Assembly: GCA_008632985.1 (NCBI GenBank)
Contig: QPGO01000028.1
Span: forward strand, 491,598-555,597
DNA length: 64,000 bases
Reading direction: 5' to 3'
From: Psammoneis japonica
Taxonomy: Eukaryota
The notes beneath the pieces are model-generated. The model saw only the letters and a program-made list of their open reading frames with translations. It had not been told where the DNA came from and did not search any database. Both the position numbers and the translations under genes were made by a program. This document shows, one piece after another, positions 36,508-46,779 of this stretch (position 1 is its first letter; each line of letters opens with the position of its first letter).

Positions 36508-37095
36508 CCTGATATACCAGCTTCTTCTTGACGAATCGTAGTGGTGCGAAGCTACGACTTCACACTACACTTCGAAGATGCGAGATCCGATTTAGCAGAC
36601 TTTGAACTTTGTGTCCTGATACCTACTTATAGCTGGAGCACACTGACGATCACAATTCACAATCTCTGTAGATTCCACTACATTTACTACAGGGAGATCA
36701 CCAGCCCAAGTCAAATATTCCAAAAACCCGCCCGCGTCGCTCTGAGAGATTAGAAGTACCGGTAGTAGCTACTAGAGTAGACTACATACAGTACTCTCTA
36801 CTCTAAATAGAGTTCCTACTATCATAAAATAGATTTGATAAAGGGAAAGCATGACACGTTGCAGAAGTTTTGTTCATGATGTGCTGAGGATTTAAAAGTG
36901 ACAAGATGGCAGAATCGTGAAAGCACCTGATTAGATGGAACTCTGGCGGCGCATATTTCGGTCAACATATTATATGTCAAACGCGACAGGGCATGGATAA
37001 TAGATTAGCTACTTTATCACTAAAGTACTTCGAAATCAAACGACGGACTAGACGATTTATCGTTTTCAAGGGACTTTTCGAGGCAAGAGAGATGC

Positions 37096-38070
37096 TTAGT
37101 AGTCTCCGCCACCATCATCTCCACCAAACATATCCATTCCACCTCCAATGTCGGCTTCTTCTTCTTCCTCCTCTTCCTTCTCCTCGGCAGCGGCATCACC
37201 TCCGCCGCCGCCGCCTCCTCCTCCTCCACCACCAGAGCCGGCAAACTTGCTGGGATCAGCCAAGTACTCCTTGTAGACGTCCGCCTGGTCAAAGGAGTAA
37301 TTGTCGAGTCCAATCGTAATGGACAAGACGGCCTTGAAGGCATTGGCAATGCTGTGCGGCACACTGGCTTGCGTGGGGTATCCCATGGCGAGCGAGAGAG
37401 CGGCAATCTTGGTAACGGCCTCGGAAAACTTGGCGGCCAACACCTCATCGGTAATGTCGAGAACCTTGGCATCAAAGATACTTCCGCTGTCGTAGACAAC
37501 CTTGAGAACGAGACCGTACGTAAAGGGCTCAATGTTGAGCTTTTGGAGCAGAGCAGCCTGCGAGGCAGTCACCTTTTCACCTGCTTCAATGAGATCGGTA
37601 TCGTTCACCATTTCAATCTGACCCTTGGTAATCTTGGTACCAATCTGAAGCGTCTGGAAAAAGGCCGTCTGACCGGGATCACATCCGGTGGGGCCCTTGG
37701 ACACGACAACCTTAATGGGAGCAATCGCACCGACACGAGCGGGGGCGGGACGGACATTGGACTCCAAAACCTCACGAATCTCACCCAAATCACCGTTCGT
37801 AAAGACGAAACCGACGTTTCCCTTGCAGCAGGGAATAAGCTGCTCCACGGGAGATCCGGGGTTTTCCTCGGCATAGTCCTTGATGACCTTGCGCATCATG
37901 GTGTTCTTTCCCATGAGCACTTCGGCCTTTCCCATGAGACCCTGACGAGTCAATTGGAGCTGCTTGGAACCGACATTGTCAACATCCACGATAAGGCACT
38001 TGTTGAAGGTGGACAAGAGTTCCTTCATGCGTTCAAAGTAACGCGTTTTCTTTTCGGGGGAGAGCGGCAT
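37096..38070 (-). CDS. RPLP0: 60S acidic ribosomal protein P0 (uL10)
   Basis: DNVGSKQLQ, LMGKNTMMRK, GNVGFVFT, PGQTAFFQ and an acidic tail EEEEEADIGGGMDMFG. Strong codon bias. Confidence 0.97.
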   Translation of the reverse strand: MPLSPEKKTRYFERMKELLSTFNKCLIVDVDNVGSKQLQLTRQGLMGKAEVLMGKNTMMRKVIKDYAEENPGSPVEQLIPCCKGNVGFVFTNGDLGEIREVLESNVRPAPARVGAIAPIKVVVSKGPTGCDPGQTAFFQTLQIGTKITKGQIEMVNDTDLIEAGEKVTASQAALLQKLNIEPFTYGLVLKVVYDSGSIFDAKVLDITDEVLAAKFSEAVTKIAALSLAMGYPTQASVPHSIANAFKAVLSITIGLDNYSFDQADVYKEYLADPSKFAGSGGGGGGGGGGGGDAAAEEKEEEEEEEADIGGGMDMFGGDDGGGDY

Positions 38071-38488
38071 TTTTTGTAGTTTTGTTTACTGAAATTGAAT
38101 TCTTCGGACGAGGGAGAGTCTTTGAGCTACACCGACGATTTAACCGAAGTAGTACGGGTAAGAAGAGAGTGTCTACAACCTGATTTCGACAAGAATAGAC
38201 ACGATAAAAAATGTGAGCAAAAAGGAGGGAAACGACGTGGGAACCCGGATACTGCTTTTTAGTAACGCGGTAACGTGTGATGTGTTGCGACCATGAAAAT
38301 CGACGCCCAGGCAGAGAGCATCGTCCACCGCAGCTCCCTTTCCCAACAATGAGAATTCGAACAACGACTTTGTGACACGAGGATGTGGTAACTGTGGCAA
38401 TGAAAGCGTTTTCATGAACGACAAACACCATTGTAACACACCTTGCGATTGCACACACGGCGGCGAAAAAATTGTGCGGCGTGCGGCG

Positions 38489-40073
38489 CAAGGATTTATA
38501 AGTCTGTCAGGATGTACAAGCTCCGGTACAAATCTACGCACGAGCCTGTTGCCATGCGTGGTACGAACACCGTTAAAATTTGTACTGCGTTTTACGGCAG
38601 TCTACGTAGGGCTTCTGACGGGACGAACTTATCATTTATAAATAACCATGCACAAATATCATAGATACCTCGAAGACGAAACGTGATGGAGGGGAGAAAA
38701 CAGACGGCACACGAAACGTGATGGAGGGGGGATAACAGACGGCACGAAATGTGATGGTGCGTGCGTGGCGTGGATGAAGACAGAGACGAAATGGAATTTC
38801 AAATGTCATAGCTCTAAAATCTGCCGCCGATTGCCAATCAACCCAATGACTGATTGATTGTTGTAACGATGAGTGATGATGTATGCTGCTGTAGTTCGCC
38901 AAATTGTCATGTGTTTCGACAAGCGCTGATTCACGCTAATGATCCACTTTGGGGTCGCCCGCTGGCAAGGATACGCGTGACGCAAAACACACGATGCAAG
39001 CGTCTCGTCCAAAGCATTGTCCATTACTTGAAGCCCGAGAGAAGCACTAAAATTTTATGCATTACCCCTCATCACTGGCCAAGAATCAAAAATAAGACAC
39101 CACCTAGATGGGAAAGATAGAGATGGAGAATGACATTGTTAGTTTGTTTGTCATGCCGGTACTGTAAATGCATGATGCATCAATACTGCTTTAAATGTAA
39201 ACATACCTTATTGTACACATCCTTCAGAAGTAAACTGCACGAGATTCCAGCCCGCTCGCTCGCATTCCAATCGCAGAGTCTCCACGCCACCAAGATTTAC
39301 CCCAGTTTTCGGTCCCCGAACGAGGGAGTGCTGCTAACCGGCACTCGGCAAGGTCATGGACGTCAATATCCATCCCATTGCACATTGTAATTGTCATAAT
39401 TCGTGAAAGTATCAACTGTAGCTTGCTTGGTTCAGTCCAAAAGAGAGCGTAGGACACACCACAGCCCCGTTCCGATATAAGGAAGAACATGAGTTGAAAA
39501 GAAATGGTGTCGACATCGACACGAAACTATGAGATATTGTTCGTCCGTAGGGGTGATACGTTGCTCAACAGCTTCTCTATATGAGTTATAAAGACGAACA
39601 TGTCAAAGAAAATGAGTGAGATGCCGAAACAAAAGCACAATTTAATTCGATTGCGACAGAGAGCGATAATGAGTCTCGAACCGTGGTGTCAATACAATAT
39701 CCTTTTTTCACCTTACAATTGGCCGCTTACCTTCGAAAAAGCAACATAAGCTGTTTATATATGAAGGTAAAGACTAGTAGATAGCGTTGGTACTGTTGAA
39801 AGGATCGTCAATAGTCTAATAAGCGGCGCTCCGATTATCATGGTGTGTGGTGCTTTGATGAATTGAGAATGATGCGCGATCCCTTGAAAAAATGAGGAGT
39901 CGTCCGTCGCGTGTCCGGTCTCTTGCTTTACAAATACATATATAAAATGAAATTAAATTTATATACTTTAACGGCGGAGTTCGCACCGTCAAGATTACTT
40001 AGAGGCTGTTGACCACGCATGGCAACACGCGTTCTACGCAGCTTGTACATCCTGACAGACTTATAAATCCTTG
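38489..40073. mobile_element. Non-autonomous hAT-like DNA transposon (1585 bp)
   Basis: Perfect 34-bp TIRs CAAGGATTTATAAGTCTGTCAGGATGTACAAGCT (38489-38522 / 40040-40073), a second mirrored block TGTTGCCATGCGTGG, and an 8-bp TSD GTGCGGCG (38481-38488 / 40074-40081). No transposase ORF. Confidence 0.9.
38677..38757 (+). repeat. Subterminal ~35-bp tandem repeats in the hAT-like element
   Basis: acgaaacgtgatggagggg...acagacggcac repeated ~2.5 times. Confidence 0.8.
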
Positions 40074-40329
40074 GTGCGGCGTGCGTGGTCGGTGTGAAAA
40101 ATGGAGGGGCGGGCGGACGGACGGACGGATGCATGCAGGTATTTAGTTTGCATGAAACACAAACGCCTGTAAACGATTGATTTCAAATTTTTTTTTCTTT
40201 GCGTCTCCATCGCACATCGCACACTGATGATTCCACTTTCTTTTTCGTGTTGCGTGTTGTGATTGCAGTCTCAACTCTTGCTGTCGCACTCGAACATAAT
40301 CACTAAAACGTAAAAGAACAGTTTCAAGA

Positions 40330-40745
40330 ATGGCTAAGCATCATCCAGATCTCGTCATGTGCCGAAAGCAACCCGGTATTGCGATTGGGCGTTTGTGTGA
40401 AAAATGTAAGTCTCGGCGCTGCGGCTACAGCATTATGTTTTCTGATGAATGTATCTAACGTTCGCCTTCTCTTTTTTTTTCAATAAAAGGCGATGGCAAG
40501 TGCGTTATTTGCGACTCGTTTGTCAATCCCTCCGAGTTGGTTCACATTTGTGACGAGTGCAACTATGGGTCCTTTGAGGGCCGGTGCGTTGTTTGCGGCG
40601 GACAGGGCGTGACGGACGCGTATTATTGTCGAGAATGCGTCCAACAAGAAAAGGATAGGGACGGGTGTCCGAAAATTGTAAACTTGGGAGCAACAAAGAC
40701 GGATTTGTTTTATGAGAGAAAAAATATGGATTCAAAAAGAGATGA
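40330..40745 (+). CDS. PHF5A: PHD-finger-like splicing factor SF3b subunit (PHF5A/Rds3); intron 40406-40489
   Basis: [35 protein letters not shown]...[13 protein letters not shown]. One extra A in the run at 40719-40724 restores the conserved end [10 protein letters not shown]. Confidence 0.95.
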
Positions 40746-41633
40746 CAATATTATAACGAGGTGTTTTAGGTGGGAGGGAATGATTGCGCGGGTAGGGTAG
40801 TTTTTGTATTTTCACGATTCAACGTTGCTTGAGTAAGAAACATGAGGATAATGTGGCTATGATGTGCTGTTTGGTCATGGAGTCACGTCAACTTAAAAGT
40901 TGATAATATTGAATGTTGCAAATCAAAGTTTGTTGGAGTTACGAAACCTATTGTACTTCAGCTGATGTTGCGTTCAAACTGCTTTAGATTCATCTGCGTG
41001 CCTAAACCTGCATGGAAGTAAGGAAATGAACTGGCAAGGGCTGCATGGATACCGCACAATCTGCTCCAGACGAGGCGTTCTTGGGGCGTCACGCGGCAGG
41101 TGTGCTGTGCGAATGTCTGCAAAGTGATTTATGGACACTAATTACTCTATCTGCAGATTCCATCAGTCTATCACCCATCATTTACATCTGTTGTTACCGG
41201 TTGTTCTTGGAATTTAAAGTGCTACGTGCGCTCCACTTGGAGAGGCGGCAGTTGAAACGCCGTGTTGGCACCGACTTGGATCCATGCACAGAACGACATT
41301 CGCGTTTCGCTGATCTCACATCTGGCTTCTGGCGCCGTGTGGATGATGAGCATGGCAATGTTGACCTTGATTGCCCGCAGTAAGAGGGGATGACCTCTAC
41401 TCTAGAGAGAGTGCCGTAGCTGCTAGCTGGAGATGCCGTTTCAAGCGACGCGCACAGTGCTGCTAGAGCAAGGATGGATCTACGTGCTGCGGTCTAATCA
41501 TTTAAAATGGCTCGCATTTCCCGCACTTCACCGTGTTGTTTTGACCTGCCTCGGAAGACCCCCGAACACTTGTGCATTCGTCAAACCCTCACAGGGGCTG
41601 TTGGACGGCTATAAGAGCTGAACATTTGGCGCT

Positions 41634-41759
41634 TCAAATGCCACTTGTCGACCCATGCCCTGTTGTCAGGTCGGAAAAACCGCTGATTTTCGCTAAAATC
41701 GGGCTTCTCATGGTAGATTAGCGGCAACTTTCTGGGAAATGCCGACAAGTGGCATTTGA
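41634..41759. repeat. 17-bp perfect inverted repeat with 92-bp spacer
   Basis: tcaaatgccacttgtcg (41634-41650) / cgacaagtggcatttga (41743-41759). Confidence 0.8.
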
Positions 41760-42950
41760 CTGGCTGTGGACATGTCTGCAGTTGTTGAGGTAAAATTCGC
41801 GCATGGCAACACCTGTTGTTCAAGCATTCTGGGGTGTCTGGCGAACGGACAAAGTTCGACCCATCGCTGAAATTTTTTTTGCGAACGCGCACGCATTTGC
41901 TGCGTTGCATCCGGGTCATTTTTATAAAAATTACGAGCTCCCAAAAAACAGACCGCAGCACGTAGATCCATCCTTAAGGCCCTTGTGCTGTCAGGCTCAA
42001 ATGATGGATTCGAGGTGCGAGCTCCACACAAACAGCACGGGAGCAGTGCGCGACGAATGGTCAACGGCCGTTTCCACCTGCAGTGCAGCTGCTAAAAAAT
42101 GACTGTGCCACCACAAATGGAGGTCTGAATGAACAACACTACACCAATCCTCATCACATTGATGCATGAATGGATCCTGAGCAGCTTCATCGCTGCAGTC
42201 CATGGATCCATTGACTTGCTCCTCATGGCTCTCCTCTGTTTCTCCAGCGCCTCTCATTGAACTCTTCTGGCTTTTGAAAATTTCAACTAGTTTCTCCTTA
42301 TTGTACTGACCTTCACGAATAAAGATGACACAGTCAACAAACATGATGGAGCACATTCTTCCGTCTTCGGAGGCTTCTTCGGCGGCGCCATGGTGCATCT
42401 TTTATGTCGTGTCGATGCGATGTGGGGATCCTACGTAGGACGTAGTACTAATTCTACGTATGTGACGTGGAGGGCCTTAAATCACGACCATGTTACATGT
42501 ATCATCCTCGCTCGTCGGACATTTTGGTTCGCGCGCCAAAACTCATCAACTATCCGGTTTTGTAAAAGCGGAATAATTTTTTTTCTGACAAGTTCAACGA
42601 GATCTTTCATATAAACGCATAAAAGAGCGAAATGCACGCGCGTTATGTCGTCTTCATAGATGTAGTTCTTACCCGGGCCTTAAATTGCGTTCTATTCTAC
42701 TCTACAGTAAGACTGTCTGTCCTCTCCTGATGATTCAGTCGTGGTATTGGTCGCGGATCGCGTGTTGAAGTCGTCGATGCGTGTGCGTGCGCGGAATGAT
42801 GCCTTTTTTCTTTTTTTCCCAAGATCCAAGATAGACGACGTGTCCTTCATAGATTCATCGATAAAAAAAATTAGTCATCAATCTGTGTCAAAGACTTTGA
42901 ACGCCGTTCACAATAATTGAATTATTTTGTGTACGTACGATTTTGACAAG

Positions 42951-44270
42951 ATGAAACTCTCCGTTACTCACAGAGGTGTAGCCCTTCTACTCTTGATACA
43001 AGCGCCTCTTCTTTTCGCCGCAACAAAATGTCAAGCCGCCACCTCAAGGGAAGGCACACTATCGTCCGTCCAAGGATCTTCTCCTATTGTCTTGATTCCT
43101 GGGTTTGCAGCTTCTGTCTTGGAGGTACAGTATGATTATAAATGGAGACCTCCCCGTTTCTGGTGTAGTAGATCAAGTCACGGGAATTGGGAACGCGTGT
43201 GGGGGCCAAAGCCCACGGATCTCATACCCAAACTCAAGGATTGTTGGTGGCACAAGACAAAAGTCTATTACAGTGCTACGAGTGACAATCAAACAACAAC
43301 CGACCATCAATTTTCAATTCACACTGCACACAATGCTCCGGGTGTAAAATTGCGTGTCAAACCTGGTGTCGAGGGGCTTGAGGTTGAACCCAATCAAAAC
43401 AATTCCAACGTGTATCGACAATTGCTGCGAGAGTTCCCCCAAACGCAAGTCTTGACGTACGACTTTCGCCTTTCACCCACGGGAAATCCTACAATTGTGC
43501 AGCAAATACAAACCATGATCCAAGACGCTTATTGGAAAAACAATTGCATACCAGTGACGATTATAAGTCACTCGTACGGAGCCTTGTTGGTGCATCACGT
43601 CTTGACCAAAACCGTATCAAGAGCTTGGAAGGAGCAGTACGTACACGCTTGGATACCCATGGCACCCGCCTATGGAGGCGTTACAGCCACCATTCAAGAT
43701 GTGTTGAGCGGCGATACACGGACGTTGAATCCATTTTTTCGCGACACCATGTACAAGGAGGTCGTGCGTTCCTTTGAAGCAAGCTTTTGGATGCTGCCAC
43801 CGCCCGCCATGTACGCCAATGAGACTCTTGTTGAGTTGCAACCTATCAATGGCTCGTCGGAATCTTGTTATTATTCGGGAAGCGACTATACTGCGCTGTT
43901 TGCAGACGCTGGTTTTACAAGGTTCGATTTCATGTGGCAGCGCATTCAAAACCTGACTTCCTTTACGGCACAGGGACAATTGGCAGATCCTGGTGTTGCG
44001 GTTTATCCAATCTATGGCACGGGTATCGAAACAGTCGTCAAGTACGTGTATCATGGGTCATTCGACAGCGAGCCTGATGCCATTACGGATTGGACTGGAG
44101 ACGGTACCATTCAAGGTTCGGGATTAGTAGCTGGCAATCATTGGGATAGAGCAGGAATGCCGTTGGAACTTGTCAATACAACCCATGTGGAAGTCTGTTG
44201 GCATCGAGATGCTTTGGACCATATATGGCAAATTACGAATCTGACAGATAGTTTGCTTTCGGAATCTTGA
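42951..44270 (+). CDS. LCAT / group XV phospholipase A2-like alpha/beta hydrolase
   Basis: Signal-peptide-like start, PIVLIPGFAASVLE, YDFRLSP, ISHSYG nucleophile motif, GDGTI and a terminal His. Confidence 0.9.
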   Translation: MKLSVTHRGVALLLLIQAPLLFAATKCQAATSREGTLSSVQGSSPIVLIPGFAASVLEVQYDYKWRPPRFWCSRSSHGNWERVWGPKPTDLIPKLKDCWWHKTKVYYSATSDNQTTTDHQFSIHTAHNAPGVKLRVKPGVEGLEVEPNQNNSNVYRQLLREFPQTQVLTYDFRLSPTGNPTIVQQIQTMIQDAYWKNNCIPVTIISHSYGALLVHHVLTKTVSRAWKEQYVHAWIPMAPAYGGVTATIQDVLSGDTRTLNPFFRDTMYKEVVRSFEASFWMLPPPAMYANETLVELQPINGSSESCYYSGSDYTALFADAGFTRFDFMWQRIQNLTSFTAQGQLADPGVAVYPIYGTGIETVVKYVYHGSFDSEPDAITDWTGDGTIQGSGLVAGNHWDRAGMPLELVNTTHVEVCWHRDALDHIWQITNLTDSLLSES

Positions 44271-44935
44271 AAAGAGTCAAGCACGAAGAAGCGACGTACG
44301 GAAAAGTCTAAGCCACGCCGCAAGGTTGGAGGATTGCCCATTTTGTTCGTGTAATAGGTTACGGTTGCCTCTGGCGTGATTAATGCCGCATGATCTGTTG
44401 TCAGCGGCGGCTTGTTGTGATGCATCAAACAGACACGCCTACACTTGATTGGTCAGGTATCACCATCAGCCAACCGCTTGGCTGAATATGTGGAGCTTTA
44501 ATACCCGATTGCCTATCTTCAGCATGCTTGTGCAAAGAGAATCACACCAAAACCATGGCAACGCGGAGCTCATTCAATTATATTCTGTGCATTCATGTGC
44601 TTGCTCATTCTCTCACGTACACGGTCTTTGATTGATCAATAGTCTCAACGAGCCGATTGCATCTTTTCGGATGAACCTTGCGACACTAGAGTAGGTGCTA
44701 GCGCTCTCCATGCACAGGTCATGCATAGGTCTCCGCTGTGGCTCTCCGGCGGTCGTGATTTTCTAAGTTAGAAGTACATAGAAAATGTCAAGGAGCAGAG
44801 ACGATATAATGTGTTTTCATTATTTGCTTACAAAGTCTAACAACGTTTCGAAAACGAGCATTGGGTTTATGCTAGACTTCAACACATGCATTCATTTCAA
44901 ATGTTTCCGGCCGGCGAATACTGGAACGTCTGCCT

Positions 44936-46339
44936 TCAAAAGACGCGAGCCACCTCACGAACAACCCCACTACAGTTCATACATGCCACCTCTCCAATGG
45001 TCTTGTCCTTGTAGAGGAGGCGTGCACATTCCATGCAAGTAATGAGTTTGTAGCAACAAGTTGACAACACGATGGCCTTGTTGTCCCGGCAAACGTAGCA
45101 GATATTATCATCGTTTTCGTCCGCAGTCTCATCCTCACCACGAAGTTTCAACTCAATAGTGGGATTAGGATGGGCCGCCGCCGCGGCTGCGGAAGGAGCA
45201 ACAATCACAGGTGGAGGCTGTACAGCTTGGAGTGGTTGATGATCATCACGGCGCTGCTGCTGGGCCTGCTGCTGCTGGGCCTGTTGCTGGATCAAAAGGC
45301 CCTGCTGCTGGGCTTGTTGACGAACGTCACGGTGTTGCTGTTGGATCACACGGCGATGTTGCTGGATATCACGCCGGTACTGTTGCATCTGTTGTTGGAA
45401 CTGTTGCGCATTCTGAGCCATGTGCAATTGCATGTTTCCCACACGCTCCATAAACTGTTGTTCCCGAAGGATGCGCTGATTGCGCTGTTGTTCTCTTCGT
45501 GGCGGTCGTGCCTGCTGATCGGTAGGCATGCCATTGATCGTGTTGCCCGTGCCATTGACAGTGCAATCCTCGCCTGATACTGCATTGTTGTTACCGGTGG
45601 CACTAGCGCGATATCCATCTACTGTGTTATGATCGCCTCGGGCCTTGGCCTGTCGTCCACTCACTGTATTTTCATGCCCTATCGCTTCTGAATACTCTCC
45701 GCTTACATTGTTTCGATTGCCTCGGACTTCGGCATGTCGTCCACTCAACGTATTGTTATGTCCGTCGACTTTGTTATTATCACCAATAATGACGTTGTAG
45801 TTGCCATCTACTCTGCTCTCATGTCCCCGAACTTGATTGTTGTCTCCAAGAACAAGAACTTTCGTGTCTCCTTCGACCGTATTGTTGTTTCCAGTCACAT
45901 TTGAGTGCGTCTCACAGCCAGCATTATTGAGACGGAGTGTGTTTCCGTTGCCCCCGACATTGGCGTAACTATGTATACAGGTGATTTCGTTGTTGTTACC
46001 TGTAACTGTCGTTAGTTCGTAACGGCCGTTTTGCGTTCGGTGATCCTCATGACGATCGCGTATGATGTTGTGGTTCCCATAAACCACAACATTAGACCCA
46101 TCAATGGTGTTGTCGTCATCATAACTACAGGTGATATCGTTGTTGTTGCCTGTGACGGTCATTCGAATAGGACGGCCGTTTTGCGTTCTCTGACCACTAC
46201 GACGCTCGCGTATGATATTGCGGTTCCCATATACCACCATATTAGACCCAGTAATGGTGTTGTTATTGCCGTAGATTGTGAGATTCGAACCATCAAGAAC
46301 AGCATCGCTACGATTTATTGTGGACCGAGGTTCCGCCAT
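44936..46339 (-). CDS. NxVxG-repeat beta-solenoid protein with Gln-rich linker and C-terminal RING-like finger
   Basis: Starts MAEPRST. About 250 aa of heptad-like G-x-x-N-x-V repeats, a polyQ region, then CYVC...TCC...CMEC...CMNC. Confidence 0.8.
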   Translation of the reverse strand: MAEPRSTINRSDAVLDGSNLTIYGNNNTITGSNMVVYGNRNIIRERRSGQRTQNGRPIRMTVTGNNNDITCSYDDDNTIDGSNVVVYGNHNIIRDRHEDHRTQNGRYELTTVTGNNNEITCIHSYANVGGNGNTLRLNNAGCETHSNVTGNNNTVEGDTKVLVLGDNNQVRGHESRVDGNYNVIIGDNNKVDGHNNTLSGRHAEVRGNRNNVSGEYSEAIGHENTVSGRQAKARGDHNTVDGYRASATGNNNAVSGEDCTVNGTGNTINGMPTDQQARPPRREQQRNQRILREQQFMERVGNMQLHMAQNAQQFQQQMQQYRRDIQQHRRVIQQQHRDVRQQAQQQGLLIQQQAQQQQAQQQRRDDHQPLQAVQPPPVIVAPSAAAAAAHPNPTIELKLRGEDETADENDDNICYVCRDNKAIVLSTCCYKLITCMECARLLYKDKTIGEVACMNCSGVVREVARVF

Positions 46340-46779
46340 TTTCTTCGTTACACGGGAACGCGTTTTCTGCTGCTGCTGTTGTTGTTGTTGTTGTTGTTGT
46401 CCGCAACGTGGAAGTGCTGCGTGTCGTCCAAAGGCGAACAATAGTATGATATAAAGTGTATCAACAGTGTTCACAAAATGGAACAGATAGGCCTTGCCAG
46501 AGACGTCGTCTGAGAACGAGACCCTTGGTTTCGATGGAAATGAAAATGAAAACAACGTTTTCAGTGTTGCTGCTTGCTCAAGTTTTGAACCACGATCGAT
46601 CCACGTGATTCCGCACGCACGCAGATCGTGGCGGCCGCCAGCCCGGCGCGCGCCCGCCGTTGGTTGCGGTTGTTTCGTCGTTACTGGTATTGGTCCCGTG
46701 CGTGCGGTGGCGACCGCGCGAGCGCACGCACGCACCGAAGCTTGAGATTATTTGTCGGTCTGTAGGGCTACGTGGCTGT

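Noticed and set aside
37354..38079. 241-aa ORF antisense to RPLP0
   Set aside because: Shadow ORF from strong codon bias; no recognisable motifs.
38677..38757. ~35-bp repeats (and the 82-bp duplication at 16118) as a CRISPR array
   Set aside because: Only 2-3 units, no unique spacers, no cas genes, and a eukaryotic context.
40725..40800. Novel extended C-terminus of PHF5A
   Set aside because: One missing A in a homopolymer explains it. The conserved YGFKKR* is intact in the adjacent frame, so this is most likely a consensus error.
41974..42480. ttaaggccct...agggccttaa as piggyBac/Harbinger termini
   Set aside because: The match is only 10 bp including the putative TSD, and a competing right end exists at ~42675-42683.
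46340..46735. N-terminal extension of the 599-aa ORF
   Set aside because: Non-ATG start, and it reads through a (TTG)n microsatellite and promoter-like DNA. The ATG at 46339 is more plausible.
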